Origin: Myxococcota bacterium
Lineage (GTDB): Bacteria; Myxococcota_A; Polyangia; Nannocystales; Nannocystaceae
Assembly: GCA_039028615.1 (NCBI GenBank)
Contig: JBCCHT010000018.1
Location: 96,001 to 160,000, forward strand
Reading direction: 5' to 3'
Length of the DNA: 64,000 nt
Shown here: in pieces, positions 19,531 through 28,753 of the stretch
Position numbering within the stretch: position 1 is the first letter of the stretch
Layout: every line of letters begins with the position of its first letter
Notes under the pieces: generated by a model
Told to the model about the DNA's origin: nothing
What the model saw: only the letters and a program-made list of their open reading frames with translations
Databases searched by the model: none
Position numbers and translations under genes: made by a program

Positions 19531-20241
19531 ATGCGCATGCACGTGGGCACCAGCGGCTTCAGCTACGACGAGTGGGTCGGGCCCTTCTATCCGGCGCAGC
19601 TCGGGTCCGATCGGCGGCTGGCCTACTACGGCGAGCGCTTCTCCACGGTGGAGATCAACAACACTTTCTATCGCATGCCCAAGCGCGAGGTGCTCGAGCG
19701 CTGGTCGGCGGCGGTGCCCGACTCGTTTCGCTTCGTGATCAAGGCGTCGCGGGCCATCACCCACAAGGGTCGGTTGGCCGGGGTCGAGGACTCGGTGGAG
19801 TACCTTTTGGGGCAGCTGCAGTCGCTGGGCGACAAGTGCGGGCCCATCCTGTTCCAGACGCCGCCCTACCTGCGCAAGGGCGTCGAGCGGCTGAGCAACT
19901 TCGTCGCGCTATTGCCCGAGGGCGTGCGCGCGGCGTTCGAGTTTCGCCACGAGAGCTGGGACGACCCCGAGGTCCACGAGGTCTTGGCCAAGGGTGGCCA
20001 CGCGGTGTGCATCGGCGAGCTCGACGAGGTGAACCCGAAGCGCTCGCTACCCCGCACCGCGCCGTGGGCCGTGCTGCGCCTGCACGTGCGCAGCTATACC
20101 GACGAGCAGCTCGAGGCATGGGCCGAGCGCATCGCCGAGACCTGGGACGAAGCGTTCGTGTTCTTCAAGCACGAGACCACGGGGCCACAGCTCGCCAAGC
20201 GGATGATCGCCATCGCCCAGCAGCGGGGGATCGAGGCCTGA
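19531..20241 (+). CDS. DUF72 family protein
   Basis: VGTSGFSY, VEINNTFY, FEFRHESW, FVFFKHE. Confidence 0.9.
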   Translation: MRMHVGTSGFSYDEWVGPFYPAQLGSDRRLAYYGERFSTVEINNTFYRMPKREVLERWSAAVPDSFRFVIKASRAITHKGRLAGVEDSVEYLLGQLQSLGDKCGPILFQTPPYLRKGVERLSNFVALLPEGVRAAFEFRHESWDDPEVHEVLAKGGHAVCIGELDEVNPKRSLPRTAPWAVLRLHVRSYTDEQLEAWAERIAETWDEAFVFFKHETTGPQLAKRMIAIAQQRGIEA

Positions 20242-20244
20242 GCG

Positions 20245-20544
20245 TTGCCCGTCCAGCTCAAGATGCACGCCTTCCGCAACGACGAGTGGGAGACGCTCGA
20301 CACCTGCTGGAGTAGCCCGCTGTCGTTCTGGTCGCAGAAGAGCTTGCGCATCGAGCCGCCCCTGCCCCTGCGCGTCGTCGTACTCGGCGCCGTGATCGCC
20401 GAGTCCGAGCAGGGGTGGATCAACTACGGCGGGCTCAGTGCCATGTTCATCCAAGCGGTGCAGGCACGCGGGCGAGCGGGGCAGCGGGTTCGTGCCGAGA
20501 TCCACGACGAGCCGGTCACCGAAGAAGAGATCGACGAGGAGTAG
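20245..20544 (+). CDS. Hypothetical protein
   Basis: Tightly packed ORF with coding-like codon use. Confidence 0.55.
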   Translation: MPVQLKMHAFRNDEWETLDTCWSSPLSFWSQKSLRIEPPLPLRVVVLGAVIAESEQGWINYGGLSAMFIQAVQARGRAGQRVRAEIHDEPVTEEEIDEE

Positions 20545-20565
20545 TCGCGACTCGGTTGCGGTGGT

Positions 20566-21012
20566 ATGCGGGGGGCCGTGTTCGAGCGCAAGATCCACAC
20601 CGAGATCGTCATCGCTGCCTCCCCCGAGAAGATCTGGGCTGCCCTGGCCGATCTGAAGACCTGGTCGGAGTGGAACAAGGTCGTGCTCGGCGTCGACTTG
20701 AAGGGTCCCCTGCAAGAGGGCACCAAGGGTCGGCTGTCCATCCGCACCCCGGCGGGCAAGACCAAGCTGAGCGTCACGCTCGTGACCGTGCGCGAGAACG
20801 AAGAGCTGGCGTGGCAGGGCGGTGTGTCCGGGTTGGTCACCGGTTGCCACGGCTTCCGGCTCGAGCCCACCGAGGGCGGCACCCGGCTGATTCACACCGA
20901 GGTGTTCCGCGGTTTCTTCGTGCCCCCGCTCATCGGCATGGTGCGCAAGGGCATGGACAAGGGCTACCAGCAGCTCAACCGCGGCCTGAAGAAGCACGTC
21001 GAGTCGAACTGA
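20566..21012 (+). CDS. SRPBCC (polyketide cyclase/dehydrase-like) protein
   Basis: IAASPEKIWAALAD..WSEWN, GGTRLIHTEVF. Confidence 0.85.
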   Translation: MRGAVFERKIHTEIVIAASPEKIWAALADLKTWSEWNKVVLGVDLKGPLQEGTKGRLSIRTPAGKTKLSVTLVTVRENEELAWQGGVSGLVTGCHGFRLEPTEGGTRLIHTEVFRGFFVPPLIGMVRKGMDKGYQQLNRGLKKHVESN

Positions 21013-21018
21013 TCGGCG

Positions 21019-22512
21019 TCACTCGTCGGGCTGCACGTGGCGCTTGACCGTGCGTCGATCGAGCTCGGTGCGGCGGGCGACCTCTTCGTAGGTGCCGTGC
21101 CGGGCGTAGAGTAGGCGGCAGTAGTCTCGCACCAGGGTTCGGGCCGGGAGTGCGCCCGCGTCGATCGCCTGGTGCAGACGTGTGCGGTCGTCGTGACCGA
21201 GGCCGGCGTGGTCACCTTCGTAGTGGCGGGTCATCAGCACTCGCCGCACGCATTGCTCGAGCTCGCGGACGTTGCCGGGCCAGGCGTAGTCGCGCGGCAG
21301 GTCGCTGGCGATGGCGGCCGCGATCTCGTCGACCAGCTCGGGCGCGGGCTGGCCCAGGGTGCGCTCCAGCACCGTGCCGATGAGCAGGGGCAGCTCCTGC
21401 GGATCTTCGGCCAGGCGCTGCTGCAGACTCGGCATCTCGATGACGTCCGAACAGAGCCGATAGTAGAAGTCGTTGCGGAAGCTGCCGCGGGCGCGCTCGG
21501 TGGCCAGGTCGCGATTGGTGGCGGCGATGACTCGCCCGGAAAAGCGCTGCGCCTGGTGGCTACCCACGGGCGAGAACTCGCGCTCTTGCAGCACGCGGAG
21601 CAGCTTGATCTGCACGGGCACGCCGATCTCTCCGATCTCGTCGAGGAAGATCGCACCGTGCGGGCTACAGCGACTGAAGGCCCCCGCGTGGCGCTCCACC
21701 GCCCCCGTGAACGCCCCTTTGACGTGGCCGAACAGCTCCGACTCGAGCAGGCCGGCCGAGAACTGCGACAGGTTCACGGACACGAAGGCCTCGGTGAAGC
21801 TCTCCAAGAATCGGTGCTTGCGAGGGTCGTAGGGGATGAAGCCCGCGCGACCGATGGCGGCGGCGGCCGTGCCCTTCCCCGTGCCGGTCTCGCCCAGCAC
21901 GATGGTGGAGAAGTCCTCCATGCGATTCCACAGCCAGCGATCGTAGCGACCGATGTCGTGGGTGAAGATGTTGTTCCACAGCGCCTGTCGAAGGGCGCGC
22001 ATGCAGGGGCTGCGACCGGGCAGCGAGCGATCGATGAAGCGAAAGGCGCGACGCATCTGAAAGAGCACGGCCACCATGCGCACCGCGTCCTCGCGCGGCA
22101 TGCCGTGTCCCTCGAGGAAGGTGAGCAGGCGCGGGCCGAAGGCGGCGGGGCAGGGTTGGGCGCCCGCGTCCAGCTGGGCTTCGATGTGCTCGTCGATCTG
22201 CGCGGCGAAGTGGTGGAAGCACGAGAACAACATCGCGCGCTCGACCAAGGGGCGGACGGTGGCCGAGCGCTCGTGCAGTCGCAGCGAACCCTCGGTCATC
22301 AACGGCTCGAGTCGGCCGTCCACCTCGGCGACGACGCGGTCGAGTAGCGCCTGCCGTCCCGTGGCTCCGGTGACCTCGGCCAGCTCGATGTCGATCTCGT
22401 GCCGACGGTCGCCGAAGGGGTTGGAGAACACCGCCTCCGACACCCGCTCGAGGAAGGCGCGATTTTCGCCTTCGATGTCCGCATGTACATCCAATGCACA
22501 TTGACCATGCAT
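21019..22512 (-). CDS. Sigma54-dependent enhancer-binding transcriptional regulator
   Basis: GETGTGKG, ESELFGHVKGAFTGA, FLDEIGE, WPGNVREL, C-terminal HTH; no receiver domain. Confidence 0.92.
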   Translation of the reverse strand: MHGQCALDVHADIEGENRAFLERVSEAVFSNPFGDRRHEIDIELAEVTGATGRQALLDRVVAEVDGRLEPLMTEGSLRLHERSATVRPLVERAMLFSCFHHFAAQIDEHIEAQLDAGAQPCPAAFGPRLLTFLEGHGMPREDAVRMVAVLFQMRRAFRFIDRSLPGRSPCMRALRQALWNNIFTHDIGRYDRWLWNRMEDFSTIVLGETGTGKGTAAAAIGRAGFIPYDPRKHRFLESFTEAFVSVNLSQFSAGLLESELFGHVKGAFTGAVERHAGAFSRCSPHGAIFLDEIGEIGVPVQIKLLRVLQEREFSPVGSHQAQRFSGRVIAATNRDLATERARGSFRNDFYYRLCSDVIEMPSLQQRLAEDPQELPLLIGTVLERTLGQPAPELVDEIAAAIASDLPRDYAWPGNVRELEQCVRRVLMTRHYEGDHAGLGHDDRTRLHQAIDAGALPARTLVRDYCRLLYARHGTYEEVARRTELDRRTVKRHVQPDE

Positions 22513-22596
22513 CTAGTGGACTGAGCTGGCAACGGGAGCCGGCTTCTCTATGATCGAAGATCAATAAAAACAAAGAGTTGAAGGCACGCCCCCGGG

Positions 22597-22612
22597 CGGC
22601 ATGGACGGTGCT
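22597..22612 (+). promoter_or_regulatory. Putative sigma54 promoter of the MFS/acyltransferase gene
   Basis: CGGCATGGACGGTGCT (GG-N10-GC); IHF-like AAACAAAGAGTTG upstream; divergent from the EBP gene. Confidence 0.5.
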
Positions 22613-22624
22613 TTGTCCTGGGGC

Positions 22625-24478
22625 ATGAGCACGCCTGCCCCTGGTCTGCTGAGGTCCCGTCGCTTCGCGCCGTTCTTCTTCACCCAGCTTCTGGGTGCGC
22701 TCAACGACAACCTGCTGCGCAACGCGATGATCGTGATGGTCACCTTCGGTCTGGTCGACCTGGGCGGCCTCGATGCGCAGACGATGGTCAACCTGAGCGC
22801 GGGCTTGTTCATCCTGCCCTTCTTCTTGCTCTCGGCCACGGCAGGTCAGCTCGCCGACACCCTCGACAAGGCCCGACTCATCCGCGGCCTCAAGCGACTC
22901 GAGATCGCGTTGATGGTGGTCGCCTCGATCGGCCTGGCCACGGGCAGCATCGTATTGTTGCTGGTGACCCTCATGCTCATGGGCGCTCAGTCGGCGCTCT
23001 TCGGTCCGGTGAAGTACTCGATCTTGCCGCAGCACCTGCGGTCGAACGAGCTGGTCGCGGGCAACGGCTGGGTCGAGATGGGCACCTTCATGGCGATCAT
23101 GGGCGGCACCATCCTCGGCGGCATGCTCATGACCCGCGGCACCATGGCGGTGTCGGTGGCCTTGATCGCGGTGGCGACCTTGGGGTGGTGGACGAGCCGC
23201 AGCATTCCCGAGGCGCCCTCGCAGGTGCCCGCCGCCAAGGTGCGCTGGAACCCGGTCGCTCAGACGCGGCAGGTGATGCGCTTGGCTCGAGCCGACCGGG
23301 GGATCTTCGATGCCATCTTGGGCGGCTCCTGGTTCTGGCTCTACGGCGCGATGCTGCTGGCGTTGTTGCCCGCGGTCGGGACCGAGATCTTGGGCGGCGA
23401 TGCGGGGGTGGTCACGGCGCTGCTGGTGACCTTCTCGGTGGGCATCGCCGCGGGCTCGCTATTGTGCGACCGACTCTCGGGCGGCACCATCGAGCTCGGC
23501 CTGGTCGCGCTGGGAGCCGCCTTGGGCGGGGTGTTCGGCCTCCACCTGTTCTTCGTGCTGTCGGGCCTCGAGGCGCCCGTGGGCACCATCGGCGCGGGCG
23601 CGGTGCCCTGGATGGTCTACGCCGACCTCGTGGGTCTGGGCGCGGCGGGAGGCCTGTTCATCGTGCCGCTGTACGCCTTGATGCAGCACCGCGCCAAGCC
23701 GGCCGAGCGCTCGCAGGTCATCGCCGCCAACAACGTCGTCAACGCCTTGTTCGTGGTGGTCGCTTCGGGCGGCGCGATCGCCCTGCGAGCCATGGGCCTG
23801 GGCACCACGGGCATCTTGTTGTTGGTCGCCCTGGGCAACGTGGCCGTGGCCGTCATCGCTTATCGCAAGCTCCCCGACCTCACCCTGCGCCTGGTCATCA
23901 GCGCCATGATCCGCGTGATGTATCGGCTGCGTGTCACCGGTCTCGACCGCATCCCCGAGCAGGGGCCCGCGGTGCTGGTCTGCAACCACATCAGCTTCGT
24001 CGACGCGCTGCTCATCGGCGGGCTCTCGCGGCGACCGGTCCGCTTCGTCATGGACCACCAGATCTTCCGCAACCGCGTGCTGTCCTGGTTCTTCCGCACG
24101 GTGGGCACGGTGCCCATCGCCCCCCGCCACGTCGACCTCGACGTCTATCACTCGGCCCTCGACCGCGTGGCCGAGCTGCTCGAGGCGGGCGAGCTAGTGT
24201 GCATCTTCCCCGAGGGCAAGATCACCTACACGGGCGAGCTCAACGAGTTCCGCCAGGGCGTGGAGCGCATCGTGGCCCGGACCCCCGTGCCCGTGATCCC
24301 CATGGCCTTGCGTGGCCTGTGGGGCAGCGTGTTCAGCCGCAAGGACGGGCCCGCCATGCGCAAGCTGCCGCGACGCTTCCGGGCGCGCGTGGAGCTGTGC
24401 TGCGGGGAGTCGATGGCGCCGCAGCAGGCCAGCGCAGGGGCGCTGCAGCAGCGCGTGCAGCAGATGCTGGCCGCGTAG
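22625..24478 (+). CDS. MFS transporter (LplT-like) fused to a PlsC-type acyltransferase
   Basis: RRFAPFFFTQLLGALNDN, FGPVKYSILP, NHISFVD, IFPEG. Confidence 0.9.
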   Translation: MSTPAPGLLRSRRFAPFFFTQLLGALNDNLLRNAMIVMVTFGLVDLGGLDAQTMVNLSAGLFILPFFLLSATAGQLADTLDKARLIRGLKRLEIALMVVASIGLATGSIVLLLVTLMLMGAQSALFGPVKYSILPQHLRSNELVAGNGWVEMGTFMAIMGGTILGGMLMTRGTMAVSVALIAVATLGWWTSRSIPEAPSQVPAAKVRWNPVAQTRQVMRLARADRGIFDAILGGSWFWLYGAMLLALLPAVGTEILGGDAGVVTALLVTFSVGIAAGSLLCDRLSGGTIELGLVALGAALGGVFGLHLFFVLSGLEAPVGTIGAGAVPWMVYADLVGLGAAGGLFIVPLYALMQHRAKPAERSQVIAANNVVNALFVVVASGGAIALRAMGLGTTGILLLVALGNVAVAVIAYRKLPDLTLRLVISAMIRVMYRLRVTGLDRIPEQGPAVLVCNHISFVDALLIGGLSRRPVRFVMDHQIFRNRVLSWFFRTVGTVPIAPRHVDLDVYHSALDRVAELLEAGELVCIFPEGKITYTGELNEFRQGVERIVARTPVPVIPMALRGLWGSVFSRKDGPAMRKLPRRFRARVELCCGESMAPQQASAGALQQRVQQMLAA

Positions 24479-24493
24479 TCGGAGGCGGCCGTC

Positions 24494-25552
24494 GTGCTAT
24501 GGTCCGCGGCCGAAATGGACGTGCCCGTGCCCTCGACTCGGATTGCCCGCAAGACCTCCTGGCTCCTGTTCGCGATGCTCGCGGTGGGCTGTGACCGAGG
24601 CGAGTCCGCGGAGGCCAAGCCCACCGCGGCCCAAGCCAAGCCGACTGCAGGCGACGCGAAAACCGAGGGCGAGGCGAAGGGCACGCCCGCGGGATCGGAC
24701 GCCAAGGCGAACGCGGGCACGCCCGTGGCCAAGCCCGACCACTGCGATGCGGCCTACGGCAAGACGCTCGAGGCCGAGATGCAGGCGTGGTGTCCGTTGA
24801 ACGAGAAGGTGCTCACCATCGACGTGCCCGACGCTCCGTGGCCGTCCGAGCCCGCTGCACTCTCTCGGACGCTGCTGCCGCTCGAGATGACCAAGGCAGG
24901 GGTGGTGGTCGGCTGGGGACCCCCTGGGCCGGTCTCCGGGGTGGCGACGCGCATGGCCGAGTTCAGTCGGGGACAGTCCGCGGCGGTGGCCCATGGCGCG
25001 GAGCCGCAGGCGGGCTGGGGGCTGCGGATCGCAGGCGACGTTGCGCGGGCCGATGTGGCGGTGCTGATGCAGGCGCTGGTCGATGCCAAGCAACCCAAGG
25101 TGGAGCTCGCTCTGGCCACGCCGATGACGGGTGAGCCGCCGAAGCCTCGCGACGCAGCTCTGCTCACCGAACTCGGGGGTCGCATCACGGCCAAGGACGT
25201 CGGCACGCGCACGATGGTGCTGGCCAAGGAAATGGCCGGCCGCATGCCGCCGTGCCCCGAGCTGCAAGAGTCCTTCAACTCCGCGGCCACCGTGCCGCCG
25301 GAGAAGCGCTGCGGGATGCTGGCCCAGGGCTTCGCCAATGGTCTGGTCCAGTGTGGCTGCCAGAAGGAAGACGAGGTGCTCACCTTGCTCTTCGGTCTGA
25401 CGCTGGGCTTGGAGCCGCCGACTCGGCTGGGCACGGTGGCCGAGGCGACCCTCGATCCCGCCGGGCCGTCGCGCGCGGGGGCGACGTGGGCCGAGATCGT
25501 CGCGGGTCTCGACCAGGCCGCGCTCGCCAATCTCTGGGTCGCGCCCGAGTAA
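24494..25552 (+). CDS. Hypothetical lipoprotein
   Basis: Lipobox LAVGC, Ala/Lys-rich linker, paired Cys. Confidence 0.65.
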   Translation: MLWSAAEMDVPVPSTRIARKTSWLLFAMLAVGCDRGESAEAKPTAAQAKPTAGDAKTEGEAKGTPAGSDAKANAGTPVAKPDHCDAAYGKTLEAEMQAWCPLNEKVLTIDVPDAPWPSEPAALSRTLLPLEMTKAGVVVGWGPPGPVSGVATRMAEFSRGQSAAVAHGAEPQAGWGLRIAGDVARADVAVLMQALVDAKQPKVELALATPMTGEPPKPRDAALLTELGGRITAKDVGTRTMVLAKEMAGRMPPCPELQESFNSAATVPPEKRCGMLAQGFANGLVQCGCQKEDEVLTLLFGLTLGLEPPTRLGTVAEATLDPAGPSRAGATWAEIVAGLDQAALANLWVAPE

Positions 25553-26029
25553 AAAGGTCGCTCGCTTGCGCGACGACTTCGTGTCGTTCGCGTTGCAAAC
25601 ACGCGCGTTGAGAAGGCGTGTTCGATCGAACGATCGACCGCGTTTCATGCCGGGAATTCGCATGGGCGTAGCGCGTTGATGCGCCCCCGATCGCAATCGA
25701 TCCCAGGCCCTTTGGCCGTCTCGCACGACCCTTCGTGACGTCCCTCGCGGGGTGCAGCACCGCCCGTGGATAGGGGAGTTGCCGCTGAAACCTTCGATCC
25801 GATCGCTATCCCCACGGGCGGTTGCGAATTCCACCAAAAGCAACAGTTGTAGCCACCGCGACTCCACCGTTTGGGACGGTTTTTTGCGTGACGTTTCCGG
25901 GTGCCAAAGGCCTTGTACAACGCTCAAACGGTCCTCTAGGTTCCGCCGCGCCTCCCGCCCCGGTATCCGTCAGTGCGCAGGAGAGGCGCCGGATACCGTG
26001 CGCAAAAACCAACAAAACGACACCTGCTC

Positions 26030-27040
26030 ATGAAGACTCAGATCACGTTCATTGCCGCCCTCGCCGCCCTCGCCGGAGCCTGTGACCAGGGAGACGCCGA
26101 GCCCCAGGCCGTCTCGATCGAGGACGTCGCCGAGCACCGCTCGGCCGAGCTGCCCGCCAACGTCAAGGACACCGACGACTACTTCATCGCCCGCCAGGAC
26201 ATGCGGCGCTGCGCCTACCCGGCCTGCGGCGGCTACTTCCTCGACGCCGTCAACTACAACCTGATGGTCTGCCCCGACGGCAGCGTCGACAGCGAGTGCT
26301 ACGTCTCCGACCTCGACACCCCGGTGGGCATCACCGTCGAGACCGGCGACCTGGTGCACGGCTGGTTCGGCACCCACGACGTCAACGGCTCCACCTGGGC
26401 CAACTTCGAGTCGGACTTCGTCTACGAGTCCACCGCGGAGGAGCCCTGGCCCGTCGGCGGTCACGACCTCATCTACAACACGGGCGTTGTCTGCGTGACC
26501 ACGCCGTGCCCGAGCCAGGCCCTGGCGCACCTCAACCACGACTGGACCCTCAACGACTTCGGGTTCTTCTTCTGGGGCAACGACGCCGCCGAGGACCAGC
26601 TGCTCGAGGACGCTTTCTGGGCCGAGTACGGCGCCGACACCAGCGAGGCCGGCGGCGGCGCGCTGACCTTCGGTGACTTCTGGATCATCTTCGGCAACGT
26701 CTTCTACTCGGTCTACGACGTCTACACGCTGAAGGTCGCCGACGCCCCCGTGTGCGTCGTGCACGATCTCGACAACACCGCCACCGCCTGGACCTTCGCC
26801 AGCGAGGCCGCGGCTCAGGATCTCATCGCCGCCCTCGAGGGCACCGTCACCATCTACGACGGCACCTGCGGCGAGCAGCTCCTGTTCTGCCCCGCCGTCT
26901 ACATGCCGGTCAACGGTGAGATCGACGCCAACGGCAACGTCTGCGAAGACCACGGCAACGCCTGCGAGTTCCGCTCCGCCGTGATCAACGCGGCCGGCGA
27001 CTCCAAGGCCTCGGGCGAGTACTCCGACGGCCCCTGCTGA
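26030..27040 (+). CDS. Cys-rich lipoprotein (DUF6748-like)
   Basis: Lipobox LAGAC, DMRRCAYPACGGYF, GVVCVTTPCPS; strongly C-ending codons. Confidence 0.7.
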   Translation: MKTQITFIAALAALAGACDQGDAEPQAVSIEDVAEHRSAELPANVKDTDDYFIARQDMRRCAYPACGGYFLDAVNYNLMVCPDGSVDSECYVSDLDTPVGITVETGDLVHGWFGTHDVNGSTWANFESDFVYESTAEEPWPVGGHDLIYNTGVVCVTTPCPSQALAHLNHDWTLNDFGFFFWGNDAAEDQLLEDAFWAEYGADTSEAGGGALTFGDFWIIFGNVFYSVYDVYTLKVADAPVCVVHDLDNTATAWTFASEAAAQDLIAALEGTVTIYDGTCGEQLLFCPAVYMPVNGEIDANGNVCEDHGNACEFRSAVINAAGDSKASGEYSDGPC

Positions 27041-27076
27041 TTCCTTTTCTTTGCCTCGTTTCGTCCCATCCCAAAT

Positions 27077-27136
27077 GTGCGACCCGTGACCCCTGCGGGT
27101 CGCACCGCGGCGGCCGCCTCTCTCGAGAGGCGGCCG
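27077..27136. terminator. Two tandem hairpins between convergent genes
   Basis: GTGCGACCCG..CGGGTCGCAC and CGGCCGCCTCT-CTCG-AGAGGCGGCCG. Confidence 0.55.
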
Positions 27137-27157
27137 TTGTCGTTTCGAACGCGGGAC

Positions 27158-28753
27158 TCAGCGCTTACGCTGCTTGTTCGGTCGCAGCCGCGGCACCATG
27201 GGGCGCGTGAGCGCAAAGGCCAGCAGCACGAGGTCGTCGTCGATGATCCGCGGGTAGGCGTGGATGTCGACGGGGTGTGTCAGCGAGACCCAGCTCCCGC
27301 GCCCGGGCAGCTTGCCGTCGAGCGCCTGGGCCAAGGCGGTGGGCGTGGCGGTGGTGACCCACAGCCAGGTGGCGGCGGCGGGCTGCACGACCTGGAGATA
27401 GAGCTTCTCGAGGACGTTGGGCGTCGAGGCTCGCCACGCGGCCAGCACGAGGAAGACGGCGATCGCGACGAGGTCGACCACCAGGGAGCCGGACACCAGC
27501 AGCACGAGGCTGACGGTGAGCACGGCGAGGATCGGCAGGGCCTGCTTCCATCGCACGGCGCGATGGGTGCGGATGGAGTGCATGACCGCGGTGGCGGCTT
27601 CGTCGAGGGTGGGCCGATAGTCGGCGGGCAGGCCCTCGCCCAGGACCTTGCCGTAGTGCGTGGCCCAGCGCTCGGCCATGGCGACGAACAGGGTGACGAT
27701 GCCCGGGGCCACGCGGGCAGCCTGCTGCAGGGCGGCGAGGAAGCTGGGCGCATGGGTCGACGCGCGCTTGCCCAGGCGTAGACCGAGCTCGGCCTCGGAC
27801 ACGGCACGCAGGCTGGAGCCCATGGCGACGAAGCGCTCGAGCTCGGGCCACTCCCGCACGGCGTGACGCCAGCCGGGGAGCTCGTCGAGCAGGGTACGGC
27901 GGTGCAGCAGCGCGCCGTCGCGGTACTCGGTGTCGTGCTCGGCGATGAGGTCCCCGTAGCGATCGCTGAGCTTTTGGAACTGTCGCGGGGCGGTCCAGAC
28001 CACGGCACAGCTGACCTCCAGCAACAGCGTGGCGAACAAGGGCTCGCCCGCGAGGCGATCGGTGTCGGTGGCCAGCAGCAAGTCGGCCGCTTCGGCTTCG
28101 CGATCCTCGTCGAGGGCTTCGTGCACCGCACACGCGAGGTCGACGACCTGCTCGCCCACGGAAGGCTCGGCGGGGGGGCGGTCTTCGTCGTAGAGAGGAT
28201 GGTCCTGGCCACCGAAGTCGCCGCCGGGGGTCTCCATCTCGAACTCACCCGCGACGGCGTCTTGCGTTGCCACCGAGCCCGGGTTCATGTCGCGCCACGG
28301 GTCGGCATCGAGATCGGCGACGGGCGGCTCGCCGGGCGTTCGCTCGGGCGGCGGGCTCTGGACGGGCGTGCTCGGTTCGAGGGGGGCCGCGGCTTCGTCT
28401 GCAGGGGCCGGCTCGGCGTTCGCGTTCGCTGGTTCACTGGCCTCGGCGGGGGTCTGCTCGTCAGAGCTGGCCTCGCCTTCGGCGTCCGCCTCGGCTTCGG
28501 CGGTGTCGGCTACCGCCTGCCGGATCACGTCGCCGGCCTGACGCCACGCATCGAACCATGCCTCTCGCTCCCGCAGCCGATCGTAAGCCTCGCGGATGCG
28601 CCGGAACTCGGCCGGGTGCCGATCGGGCTTGTAGATCTTGATCCTCCGCAGATAGGCGCGGCGGATCTGCTCGGTCTTGGCCCCGGGCCGTACGTCGAGC
28701 AGGACGTACGGATCGTCCGACTCCGGCAGCGGATTGGGCGGCGGGCGGCTCAT
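27158..28753 (-). CDS. J-domain co-chaperone with C-terminal TM segments
   Basis: DPYVLL..IRRAYLRRIKIYKPDRHPAEFRRIREAY; ATGA overlap with the Hsp70 gene. Confidence 0.8.
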   Translation of the reverse strand: MSRPPPNPLPESDDPYVLLDVRPGAKTEQIRRAYLRRIKIYKPDRHPAEFRRIREAYDRLREREAWFDAWRQAGDVIRQAVADTAEAEADAEGEASSDEQTPAEASEPANANAEPAPADEAAAPLEPSTPVQSPPPERTPGEPPVADLDADPWRDMNPGSVATQDAVAGEFEMETPGGDFGGQDHPLYDEDRPPAEPSVGEQVVDLACAVHEALDEDREAEAADLLLATDTDRLAGEPLFATLLLEVSCAVVWTAPRQFQKLSDRYGDLIAEHDTEYRDGALLHRRTLLDELPGWRHAVREWPELERFVAMGSSLRAVSEAELGLRLGKRASTHAPSFLAALQQAARVAPGIVTLFVAMAERWATHYGKVLGEGLPADYRPTLDEAATAVMHSIRTHRAVRWKQALPILAVLTVSLVLLVSGSLVVDLVAIAVFLVLAAWRASTPNVLEKLYLQVVQPAAATWLWVTTATPTALAQALDGKLPGRGSWVSLTHPVDIHAYPRIIDDDLVLLAFALTRPMVPRLRPNKQRKR

